A stretch of DNA of 43,781 nt from the NCBI GenBank assembly GCA_964532175.1, contig CAZHGP010000005.1, forward strand, positions 1-43,781, read 5' to 3'. The translations under genes and the position numbers were made by a program. Each line of letters begins with the position of its first letter. Position 1 is the first letter of the stretch. The notes below the pieces were generated by a model, which saw nothing but the letters and a program-made list of their open reading frames with translations, made no database searches and had not been told where the DNA came from. Shown piece after piece: positions 18,357 to 27,172 of the stretch. Source of the DNA: an uncultured Nitrososphaeria archaeon. GTDB lineage: Archaea; Thermoproteota; Nitrososphaeria_A; Caldarchaeales; JAVZCJ01.

Positions 18357-19581
18357 CTCCAGGTTTAATTGGACTAATCGAGCGTATTCTAGATACTACT
18401 TCAGGCATTTTCTCAATCACATATTTTATATCTTCTTCATTATGAAAAGGAGTAACTTTCATTAATAAACTTCCATGCGCTTCTTCATACTTTCTTCCTA
18501 TAGCTAAAAGAACATGGCTTGGCTCTAAAACTCTACTTGTACAAGCACTTCCACTTGAAACATATATTCCATTTAAGCTAAGCTCAACAGTTAATGCTTC
18601 ACCCTCACAATATAGAAAGCTTAAATTAGCATTATCAGATGAACGTTTATTCCCTTTTGGACCATTTAAAAACACATAATCTATTTTTTCAATTATATTT
18701 TTTATAAGCATATCTCTAAGATTAATCATTTTTGAATTATAAAATTCAAAATTAGAATATAAAATTTTAATTGCTTTAGAAAAACCAAATATGGAAGGAA
18801 TATTTTCTAAACTTGGCCAAAGTTTTTGAGTACTAAGTTGTCCATATATTATAGGTTCTAATTTTATTCCTTCTTTTACATAAAGTGCTCCTGCACCTTT
18901 TGGTCCATAAACTTTATGGCTACTGAAAGAAGCCAAATCTACATTCAATTTTCTTAAATCTATTTTAATTTTTCCAAAAGCATCACAAGCATCTGTATGA
19001 ATGAATGCTTCTGGATTTTTATCTTTTACTATATCAATTATTGCTTTTAAATCTTGTATTGTTCCTATTTCATGATTTACAGCTGCTATGCTTACTAAAA
19101 GAGTATCCTTATCAATATTTTTATCTATAAAATCTTTATTTACAAATCCTTCTTTATCTACTGGAATTTTAATAACTTTATATCCATATTTTTGAAGATG
19201 CTCGGCTGGAAAAATCACACTTAAATGCTCTATGCTTGAAACAAGTATTTTATTTCTCTCTTTATAAGATTCTGCTAATCCTAAGATAGCTAAATTATTT
19301 GCTTCAGTACCATTATGAGTATATATTATTTCTTCAGGATTACAATTTAAAACATTAGCTAATATATTACTTGATTCATAAAGTTTCTCGTAAGATTCCC
19401 ATCCAATTTTATGTGTTATAGATGGATGACCATATCCAATATTTTTGTAAGTTTCAATTAAAGCTTCTAAAGCTTCAGGAAATATTAATCCAGAATTTTC
19501 TGAATCAAGGTATACTTCCTTTTTAGGTTTACCATGAGATTCTAAAAGAGATCTTACATCTTTAATTACATCACTTGACAT
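18340..19581 (-). CDS. iscS: Group I cysteine desulfurase (divergent)
   Basis: GTEANN, SSIEH, SSHKVYGPKG (PLP Lys), SSGSACTS (catalytic Cys). Confidence 0.88.
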   Translation of the reverse strand: MSSDVIKDVRSLLESHGKPKKEVYLDSENSGLIFPEALEALIETYKNIGYGHPSITHKIGWESYEKLYESSNILANVLNCNPEEIIYTHNGTEANNLAILGLAESYKERNKILVSSIEHLSVIFPAEHLQKYGYKVIKIPVDKEGFVNKDFIDKNIDKDTLLVSIAAVNHEIGTIQDLKAIIDIVKDKNPEAFIHTDACDAFGKIKIDLRKLNVDLASFSSHKVYGPKGAGALYVKEGIKLEPIIYGQLSTQKLWPSLENIPSIFGFSKAIKILYSNFEFYNSKMINLRDMLIKNIIEKIDYVFLNGPKGNKRSSDNANLSFLYCEGEALTVELSLNGIYVSSGSACTSRVLEPSHVLLAIGRKYEEAHGSLLMKVTPFHNEEDIKYVIEKMPEVVSRIRSISPIKPGDEKNV

Positions 19582-19583
19582 TA

Positions 19584-19823
19584 TTATTTAACCTCCACAT
19601 ATATTTCATATACATCTTCATTTTTATCAATCTTTAAAATATTATGTCCTACATTAGAAGCCCATTCTTTTATATCAGAAGGGGCAGCTGGATCGGTAGC
19701 TAAAAGCTTAATTATTTGACCCGATTCTGCTTTACTAATTGCTTCAACTAATGCTAATAAAGGTCCTGGACAAAACTTAAATCTTGCATCAATTACTAAA
19801 TCTACTTTCATATTTTTATTCAC
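19584..19823 (-). CDS. tusA: TusA/SirA sulfur carrier
   Basis: DARFKFCPGP (CPxP), ATDPAAPSDIKEW. Confidence 0.92.
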   Translation of the reverse strand: MNKNMKVDLVIDARFKFCPGPLLALVEAISKAESGQIIKLLATDPAAPSDIKEWASNVGHNILKIDKNEDVYEIYVEVK

Positions 19824-19833
19824 TTTTTATTTT

Positions 19834-20244
19834 TTAAGAAATAAATAAGTTTATTTCAGAATCTTTAGCTTTAGATAGGAAAGTTGGAGCACCAACTATA
19901 TCATCTACAAAATCTTCAAGATTTTCTTTATTAATTTTAAATAAATCCATAGTAGTTGAACAAGCATAAATTTTAAGTCTACCAGTATTTTTAAAAGATT
20001 TAAGCATACTTTTCCATTCTGGAATTTTACCTAATTCTATCATTTTTATTAAAGATTCTTTATATTCATTATAATCTAAGCTTACATTTTTAGTTTCATG
20101 TCCTTTCTTTAAAGCTAGCAAACCCCAAAAAGTGAAAAATATTTCAGCATTCCATCCTAAGGCAACAGAACTAGTTGCAAGTATTATTGCTGGATAAATT
20201 TTATCTAATCTTTCAGATGCTAGTATGATAGATATTTTAGGCAT
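19834..20244 (-). CDS. DsrE/DsrF/DrsH-like (DsrE2-type) sulfur-relay protein
   Basis: IFFTFWGL, IYACSTTM, VGAPTFL. Confidence 0.88.
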   Translation of the reverse strand: MPKISIILASERLDKIYPAIILATSSVALGWNAEIFFTFWGLLALKKGHETKNVSLDYNEYKESLIKMIELGKIPEWKSMLKSFKNTGRLKIYACSTTMDLFKINKENLEDFVDDIVGAPTFLSKAKDSEINLFIS

Positions 20245-20262
20245 ATTTCCTCAAGAAATTAA

Positions 20263-20282
20263 ATATAACGGTGTTATATAAA
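20263..20282 (-). promoter_or_regulatory. TATA box of the dsrE-tusA-iscS-iscU operon overlapped by a 7-3-7 palindrome
   Basis: TTTATATA on the minus strand (20282-20275); ATATAAC-GGT-GTTATAT at 20263-20279. Confidence 0.6.
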
Positions 20283-20414
20283 GTTTTAAAAATATAAATG
20301 GAAATTTGAAAGTAAATTTTTAATTTTCTATTTTTTAGATTTAGATATAAATATTTAGATAAAAATTATCTAATGTATATTTGCATCATCTTTTCAGAAT
20401 TTTTTAAAGAATGT

Positions 20415-21011
20415 TTATTTCTTAGCTTCTTTTCTACGTATAGTCGATGCTACTAAACAAAGCAATCCTGAAAATAGAGCCATCCAAAATTTAAATGTAA
20501 ATTGAGATAATGTTTTGATTTTTAAAGAAGCATCAATATACAATATTGGATAAAGGTTTATAGTTAGATATTGGCTTGAATATGGCATTAATGCATCATT
20601 TAAGTTTGGTAAAACTTCAGCTACAATAGGTATGTATTGTTGTGCTGAAGATATTATTATAGTAATGCCAATCAAGATTAAAACAATAAATAATACTGGC
20701 ATTATAAATGGTCTGAGATTAAATAATCGTTGTGACCATGTTTTTTTATATAACAATGAGCCAGCAATTATAGTGATTGAACCAATTATAGCAAGCAATC
20801 TTTCGCATAAAAACAATCCAATTATTAAAGGTGGTGGTTTAAGGAACTCCAAACCTAAAATCTCGAACTTAAAGTCAAATGGAGAAAATCCAATGTATAA
20901 AAATGGTTTAGAAACTTCACCACCAATTAATTCCCACCAAGCACCACCAGCTATAGATATTATTAGGAAAATAATTCCACTAATTAGATATAAAATTCTA
21001 AATTTCTCCAT
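20415..21011 (-). CDS. Hypothetical membrane protein (about 4 TM)
   Basis: Hydrophobic segments; co-oriented with and 6 bp from the upstream gene. Confidence 0.7.
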   Translation of the reverse strand: MEKFRILYLISGIIFLIISIAGGAWWELIGGEVSKPFLYIGFSPFDFKFEILGLEFLKPPPLIIGLFLCERLLAIIGSITIIAGSLLYKKTWSQRLFNLRPFIMPVLFIVLILIGITIIISSAQQYIPIVAEVLPNLNDALMPYSSQYLTINLYPILYIDASLKIKTLSQFTFKFWMALFSGLLCLVASTIRRKEAKK

Positions 21012-21017
21012 ATTTTT

Positions 21018-21530
21018 TCACTTCGGAAATCTAAAATTGCTTATCGAGAATTCGAATGGAATTTCAATTGAATTTAAGATCAAAGTGACATTCCCTGAAA
21101 GATTAACAGGAGATCCTTTTTCAAGAATTATCATAAGATCTTCGATAGAGCCTTTCTCTAATAAGAACAAGATATGTACGCTCTCCTTCTCACCAGATTC
21201 TAAAATAAATGGAGCTTGAAGAATTATTTTTCCATCAATATTTGATGAAGGAACAGTTATCCTTGCATACAATTTATTTAAACCAACCTTATTATTCCCA
21301 CTATTAAACAATTCAACATTCAATAAGTATCTTCCATCAGTAGTAGTATAATTTATTGAGATTATACGAATTGAGCTTGGGTCAAAGGATATAAATTCTT
21401 GAGGAGGGTTTAAAACTGGCATAATGAAATTCGATAGAGATCCTGAAGTGAAATAGTAGAATGTTAGAGGTGCTATAATTGCTATAATTGTGATAAGTCT
21501 AGGTACCCATACTATGAGTCTTTCGTTCAT
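21018..21530 (-). CDS. Membrane-anchored beta-sandwich protein (LEA-2/WHy-like)
   Basis: One N-terminal TM, then LNVELFNSGN...LESGEKESVHI beta pattern. Confidence 0.6.
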   Translation of the reverse strand: MNERLIVWVPRLITIIAIIAPLTFYYFTSGSLSNFIMPVLNPPQEFISFDPSSIRIISINYTTTDGRYLLNVELFNSGNNKVGLNKLYARITVPSSNIDGKIILQAPFILESGEKESVHILFLLEKGSIEDLMIILEKGSPVNLSGNVTLILNSIEIPFEFSISNFRFPK

Positions 21531-21817
21531 TGTTTTGAATGCTTAATAGTAACTTATAAACTTTTCTGGATTTTTTGATTCTCTTTTATAATATTCCTTT
21601 TTAGAATTTTTATTTATTAAAAATCTAAGGTTTTTCTTTTTCTAAACTTATTTAATAACTTAAGATTTAGAAAATTGTCATATTAAAAATTTTATTAAAA
21701 AATTTAACAAGTAGTAAAAATTCTAATAAAAACAAAAGGAGGATTACATTTTTAAATTTAGAAGTGAAATGCTTAAAATAGACGAATTGTACTTTCTACA
21801 ATCTTTTTTATCCGATT

Positions 21818-22660
21818 CTATGTTTCTTGAATTATTTTTCTCCAATAATCATTTAATTCATATATTTTCTCATCATCCCCAACAAAGCCTTCTTCAGTCA
21901 TTTTAAGCTTTACTACTTTAGGGGTAGGCATAGCTATATGTTTTTCTAAAATTGCAAGACGTTTATAATCTTTCAAAATTAATAATCTTAATATTGTTTT
22001 ACTTATGTATTCAAGATGACTGCCACCAATTACTTCAAATCTTTTTGCATCAAAACCCAATTCTAAATCTAATAACTCTTGTTTTTTTAACATTTTGTTT
22101 CTTTCTCTATCTAAAAATGTTTTGTATGCAGCACTTTTAGTCCATGAAACAAGAATAACAGGCACATCATACTTTATAGCCAAACTCATCAACTTTCCAG
22201 CTTGATATGCAAGCTTACCTTGTAATTCTCTAGCTTCACTTGCTAAAAAAGAAGTTTTTGTAGCCAAGAGCTGTTTATGATATTGATTTACAAAACTATC
22301 AACTATAAAAGCTAATGGTTGAAGCCCCTCATTCTTTATTGTTTCTTCCCATTTATGAATAATAGTTTTATGTTGTTCACTTAAACTATCTACACGAGTT
22401 ATATACATACGATCTAAAATTGATTGATCAATATTAAGAGCTTTAGCCATTTGTAATAATCGAGATTCATGAAAACCTTGTTCTGTGTCTAAATAGAAAA
22501 ATTCCCCCTCACAATTCTTAGATAAATTGAGAATTGTTTGAAGTATTATTGTTGTTTTTCCACTCCCAGGATCTCCATAAATAAGATTTATTGCGCTTGC
22601 TAAAAATCCACCACCCATTAATTTATCTAAAATTTTGCAACCTGTAGAAATATATCTCAT
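21818..22660 (-). CDS. RadB/RadA-paralog RecA-family ATPase
   Basis: ISTGCKILDKLMGGG, Walker A GDPGSGKT, YLDTE, Walker B FIVDS, GGSHLEY, LEKH; lacks the RadA N-terminal domain. Confidence 0.88.
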   Translation of the reverse strand: MRYISTGCKILDKLMGGGFLASAINLIYGDPGSGKTTIILQTILNLSKNCEGEFFYLDTEQGFHESRLLQMAKALNIDQSILDRMYITRVDSLSEQHKTIIHKWEETIKNEGLQPLAFIVDSFVNQYHKQLLATKTSFLASEARELQGKLAYQAGKLMSLAIKYDVPVILVSWTKSAAYKTFLDRERNKMLKKQELLDLELGFDAKRFEVIGGSHLEYISKTILRLLILKDYKRLAILEKHIAMPTPKVVKLKMTEEGFVGDDEKIYELNDYWRKIIQET

Positions 22661-24741
22661 TTTCTTTTCCTCCTTAAAATACTTAATAAAACATTTTTTG
22701 CAATTTTTAATGCCCTTTCAGCTTCTTTTTCCCCTATGCTTAAATCTGCTTTTTCAGCTTTATTTTTTATTTCTTCTAACCATTCAACATCTTCTAACTC
22801 CATTGGTTTTAGGCCTTCAATGCATAAAGTTTCATATAATGCTTTAAATTTTTTCCATCTAGTTTTTTCCGGATCTGAAATTAATAATATCATTGCATGC
22901 CTAATCAAATTGTAACATAGAATAATCGATTGACACCATTCTTGATGTGAAAATTTCTTCTCTGCTTCAACTAATTTTTTGACAATTTTCTCATTAATTT
23001 TTAAATAAATTTCTTCTTCTTTAACATCTTCTTTCTTTTTTACAAATTTTCTTTCTTCCCATTCATCAATTGCAAACAACCCTTTCTCGGTTATTTCTAA
23101 TTTTTCTTCATTAATTGAAGATTGTTTTATATATTGTTTATTAATAAGTTCTTTGATTAATTCTTTTATATCATTTAATTCATATTTGTCTGAAAGATAT
23201 GCTTGAATTGTTGCTATATTTATATTTTTTAATTGATATATAAGCTTCATAATTTTATACGCTAATTCATCTTTATTAAAGAATTCTTTTTTAAGAAATG
23301 TAACATTTTCTCCTATTTCTTCTTCAAATATGTCTTCTTTACTTATATCTATATTAAAATCTGTTATTGGTGTAAGCATTAAGAAAGTTTTCATGCCTTC
23401 ATGCGTCATTACTTTTACTATACTTTCTTGAGGTGAAAGTTTTAGTATAAAATTTTCTCCCCCTCTTCCTAATGCAAATACTCTAGATACTTCATCTGCA
23501 ATGTATGGGTCTTCAATCGTCGTTATTATTAAATTTGGAGTTATACTATAAGCGTAGTTTGCTATCCATGTTGCAGAAGTATGCAATAATAAACTAATGT
23601 TTTTTGAAGCTTCTTTAAGCATATACATTAATCTTTCCATTACAGGTCTATAGTCATACGGTAAAAGATGTATTTGAGGTAAAAGATTTTGCAATTCATC
23701 TATAACCATAAGAATCTTTTCCCTTTCTTTTCTTAAAACTTGGTACAATATACCTATAAATAATATTAAAAGGAAAGTTTTTTGTTCTCTATCTATTCCA
23801 CCAACTCTTAAACATATTATTTCCCCTTTTTTTGGTAAAAAGCTTAGAATATTTTTTCCCTCATCAGAAAAAATTTTTGTTAATAAAAGTTTTTTAATAT
23901 CTGCTTTTAAAATATCTGCTCTCCTTTTTTCAAAAAATCTATTTAAACCATCACTCCATATATTCACTTGATCAACTCTTAATATATTTTCATATTCGTA
24001 TTGATTATAAAAGAAATCTGCTAATAAACTTGCTTCTTCAATATCCAATGTGCATGCAACAGAAATAGCCATTGCTAAAATATTTGTCCAAATTTTTAAA
24101 GGCAATGGTTTTGCATCCATTGGATTAATTAAAGTATCAATACCAATATTATAAACTTTGATTGAAGCAATATTCTTAGGAACTCCAATAATATTAGATG
24201 AATCAAAAATGATTATTCCAATTCTCTTCATAGCAGCTTCTTTAATTATTTTACGCATAATATTCAAACCATAAGATCCAAAAATTGTTATACCTCTTTC
24301 AAGATTTTCAAAAGTAATTCCTGTTTTTGATAAGTATCCAAAAAAAGATTTGCCAACCCATCTATATCCTAAAAATAAATCTGCTTTAACTTTATTATTA
24401 AAAGAGAAATTATTCAATTCTAAACTATCTTTAATAAATTTATTAATTATTTGCATTCTATTTTTTGAAAATAAGCTAGATATGAAAAGAGCTATTTTAA
24501 ATGAAAAGATAAATGGTAATTTTAAAAAATTTGCTATACTTTTTCTAATTCTTTTTGATAAAAGTGATAAAATTGCTATTATTGGTAATAAAAAAATTGC
24601 AATTGTTATAAAAGGAATAAATAATATAAAAATAAAAATCATTAAAAATATTGTAGTAAAAGGTAACATTTTCTTTATGAAATTTATACTTTCTTCATCC
24701 AACATTATATCAAATTTTTCTTTCGATAAACTCTTTTTCAT
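22657..24741 (-). CDS. Membrane-anchored degenerate HerA/VirB4-like ATPase fused to winged-helix and HEPN-like domains
   Basis: N-terminal TMs; LERGITIFGSYG (broken Walker A), IIIFD, INPM, MVIDELQNLLP (Walker B); wH ending EITEKG; helical tail EKEAERALKIAKNVL. Confidence 0.65.
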   Translation of the reverse strand: MKKSLSKEKFDIMLDEESINFIKKMLPFTTIFLMIFIFILFIPFITIAIFLLPIIAILSLLSKRIRKSIANFLKLPFIFSFKIALFISSLFSKNRMQIINKFIKDSLELNNFSFNNKVKADLFLGYRWVGKSFFGYLSKTGITFENLERGITIFGSYGLNIMRKIIKEAAMKRIGIIIFDSSNIIGVPKNIASIKVYNIGIDTLINPMDAKPLPLKIWTNILAMAISVACTLDIEEASLLADFFYNQYEYENILRVDQVNIWSDGLNRFFEKRRADILKADIKKLLLTKIFSDEGKNILSFLPKKGEIICLRVGGIDREQKTFLLILFIGILYQVLRKEREKILMVIDELQNLLPQIHLLPYDYRPVMERLMYMLKEASKNISLLLHTSATWIANYAYSITPNLIITTIEDPYIADEVSRVFALGRGGENFILKLSPQESIVKVMTHEGMKTFLMLTPITDFNIDISKEDIFEEEIGENVTFLKKEFFNKDELAYKIMKLIYQLKNINIATIQAYLSDKYELNDIKELIKELINKQYIKQSSINEEKLEITEKGLFAIDEWEERKFVKKKEDVKEEEIYLKINEKIVKKLVEAEKKFSHQEWCQSIILCYNLIRHAMILLISDPEKTRWKKFKALYETLCIEGLKPMELEDVEWLEEIKNKAEKADLSIGEKEAERALKIAKNVLLSILRRKRK

Positions 24742-24874
24742 TAATTTTTAATTAATATTTCTAAAATTTATTCATATCGTAAAGCATTTTTTTAAAAAAT
24801 AGCTTAACGTTCCTTAAAAATTGTTAAAAATAGAATATTTTTAATTAAATTATCTTAATTTTTCTTAACAATAT

Positions 24875-25327
24875 TTAACTCATCTTAAATTTACCTTTTA
24901 ACCATAAAGCAATTATCCATAATGGAAATGCGATGATAAGTCCACCTATTATTCTTAAAGGCATACTTTTCTCTATAGCACTATAAATTGTATAAAAAAA
25001 TATTATTATTCCTATAAATATAAGAGTGTATACTATTGTTTTTTCTAAAATATTTCTTATCTCAATTTTATGCTTAATTTCAATACTTTTTATTTCTTCA
25101 TGCTTTTCTTCAGGAATTTTTGATAAACAAAAAACAACTTTATTCTCAATTCTCTTTTTTACAATAACCCCTTTTGAAAGTAATTTATTTATTCTTACAT
25201 AAATTGAAGGTTTTGAGACATTTAAAGCTGAACTTAATTCCGCTGCACTCATGGGTTTATTTTCTAAAAGTTTAATTATTTTTACTTCTAATTCGTCAAT
25301 TATTTTATTTTCTTTTACTTCATTCAT
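24875..25327 (-). CDS. Winged-HTH protein with two C-terminal TM helices
   Basis: IIKLLENKPMSAAELSSALNVSKPSIYVRINKLLSKGVI, followed by two hydrophobic helices. Confidence 0.8.
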   Translation of the reverse strand: MNEVKENKIIDELEVKIIKLLENKPMSAAELSSALNVSKPSIYVRINKLLSKGVIVKKRIENKVVFCLSKIPEEKHEEIKSIEIKHKIEIRNILEKTIVYTLIFIGIIIFFYTIYSAIEKSMPLRIIGGLIIAFPLWIIALWLKGKFKMS

Positions 25328-25462
25328 CTATTATTAATAAGTTTTTCATAAAATAAATAATTATAAAACACAATGTATTTAAAGTTCCATCTTCAGGAAT
25401 TACTTTAAAAAAATAATAGAAACATTTTTATAAGGAAAAAAGTAATTTAAAATTATAGAAAA

Positions 25463-25750
25463 ATGTCTAATGAAGAAGAAGTAAAAAATAATATTGTAGC
25501 TATAGGTCGTAAACCAATAGATCGCTATATTACAGCATGCATAACTTTATTTAATGAAGGAAAAAAGGAAGTTATTTTTAGAGCAAGGGGAAAAGAAATT
25601 CCAAAATGCATAGCTGTTGTTGAATCTCTTCGAAAAAGCTTTATGAAAGATGCTATTATTAAGAAAATTTCTATTGGAAGTGATGAAAAAATATTAGAAA
25701 ATGGAGGAAAAAAATATATTAGCTATATAGAAATTATAGTTACACATTAA
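25463..25750 (+). CDS. albA: Alba-family chromatin protein (divergent)
   Basis: IGRKP...Y, EVIFRARG, ISIGS, ISYIEI. Confidence 0.85.
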   Translation: MSNEEEVKNNIVAIGRKPIDRYITACITLFNEGKKEVIFRARGKEIPKCIAVVESLRKSFMKDAIIKKISIGSDEKILENGGKKYISYIEIIVTH

Positions 25751-25816
25751 ATGTTTTTATCTTAAAGAATTTAAACCACTTCTCAATATAGATTCCATAA
25801 AAAATGGTGATTTTAT

Positions 25817-27172
25817 ATGAAATATCCAAATATTAAAGTTCCACCTCCAGGACCTATTGCTAAAGAAATTTTAAAAAGAGATGAAGAAGTAATTTCTCAA
25901 TCTTTTACAAGATATTATCCACTTGTAGTAAAATCTGGAAAAGGAAGTATAGTAGAAGATGTTGATGGAAATCAATATATAGATTTTAATTCTGGAATAC
26001 TTTGTTCTAATGTGGGGCATAGTCATCCATACGTGATTGAAAGGATTAAAAAACAAATAGAAAAATTTCTAAATTATTCATTAACAGATTTTTATTTTGA
26101 AAATGCTGTAACACTTGCTGAAGAACTTTGTAAAATAACTCCAGGTTCTTTCAAAAAGAGAGTTTATTTTGGAAATAGTGGAACCGAAGCAATTGAAGCT
26201 GCTATAAAAATGGCAAGATGGCATACACGTAAACCATATTTCATAGCTTTTATTAATAGTTTTCATGGAAGGACCATAGGAGCTTTAAGTTTAACTGCAA
26301 GTAAACCTGTTCAAAGGAAATATTTTTCTCCACTTATGCCAAATGTAGTTCATGTTCCTTTCTCTTATTGTTATAGGTGCGCATTCAAACAACAATATCC
26401 TGAATGCAATTTATGGTGTGTTGATTATATAAAAGAATATGTACTAGAAAAATATGTTCCACCAGAGGAAGTTGCTGCAATAGTTTTTGAACCTATTCAA
26501 GGGGAAGGTGGATACATATTTCCACCAGATGATTATTTTATAAAGTTAAAGAAATTAGCTGATGAATATGATATATTGCTTATAGATGATGAAATACAAG
26601 CTGGAATGGGTAGAACTGGAAAATGGTTTGCAATAGAACACTATAATATTTCACCAGACATTATTTGTATTGCAAAATCTTTAGCTTCTGGATTACCATT
26701 AGGTGCTACTGTAGCAGAAGAGTCTATAATGGATTGGGAAGTTGGGAGTCATGCAACAACTTTTGGAGGAAATCCTGTTTCTTGTGAAGCAGCTTTAGCA
26801 ACAATTTCAGTTGTAAAGAATGAAAATCTTTTAGAACGCGCTACTAAACTTGGAAGAAATGTTTTAAAAAGGCTTAAAGAAATGGAAGAAAAATATGAAT
26901 TAATTGGTGATGTGCGTGGAAAAGGGTTAATGATAGGTGTTGAGATAGTAGTTGATAAAAAAACTAAAAAGCCGGGTAGAAAAGAAGTTAAAGAAATTAT
27001 GATGAGATGTTTTAAACAAGGATTAGCAATAATTAGTTGCGGTATTTCTACTTTTAGAATAGCACCTCCACTTAATATAGAAGAAGAATATCTTGAAATA
27101 GGCCTTAATATATTTGAAGATGTTATTAAAGAGTATGAAAATGAATTAAAAATAAAGAATAAGATTACTTAA
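25817..27172 (+). CDS. Class III PLP aminotransferase (GabT/ArgD-like)
   Basis: DVDGNQYIDF, NSGTEAIE, FHGRT, EPIQGEGG, DEIQAGMGRTG, AKSLASG, TTFGGNP. Confidence 0.93.
   Translation: MKYPNIKVPPPGPIAKEILKRDEEVISQSFTRYYPLVVKSGKGSIVEDVDGNQYIDFNSGILCSNVGHSHPYVIERIKKQIEKFLNYSLTDFYFENAVTLAEELCKITPGSFKKRVYFGNSGTEAIEAAIKMARWHTRKPYFIAFINSFHGRTIGALSLTASKPVQRKYFSPLMPNVVHVPFSYCYRCAFKQQYPECNLWCVDYIKEYVLEKYVPPEEVAAIVFEPIQGEGGYIFPPDDYFIKLKKLADEYDILLIDDEIQAGMGRTGKWFAIEHYNISPDIICIAKSLASGLPLGATVAEESIMDWEVGSHATTFGGNPVSCEAALATISVVKNENLLERATKLGRNVLKRLKEMEEKYELIGDVRGKGLMIGVEIVVDKKTKKPGRKEVKEIMMRCFKQGLAIISCGISTFRIAPPLNIEEEYLEIGLNIFEDVIKEYENELKIKNKIT

Noticed and set aside
20330-20365. TTTAGATATAA as an archaeal dif (XerA) site arm
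   Set aside because: No matching inverted arm after a 6-bp spacer; it is a short TTTAGAT repeat in AT-rich DNA.
22657-23000. Active HEPN RNase, or HerA-based antiphage system
   Set aside because: RxxxxH is absent, the ATPase motifs are broken, and no NurA, Sir2 or nuclease partner is adjacent.
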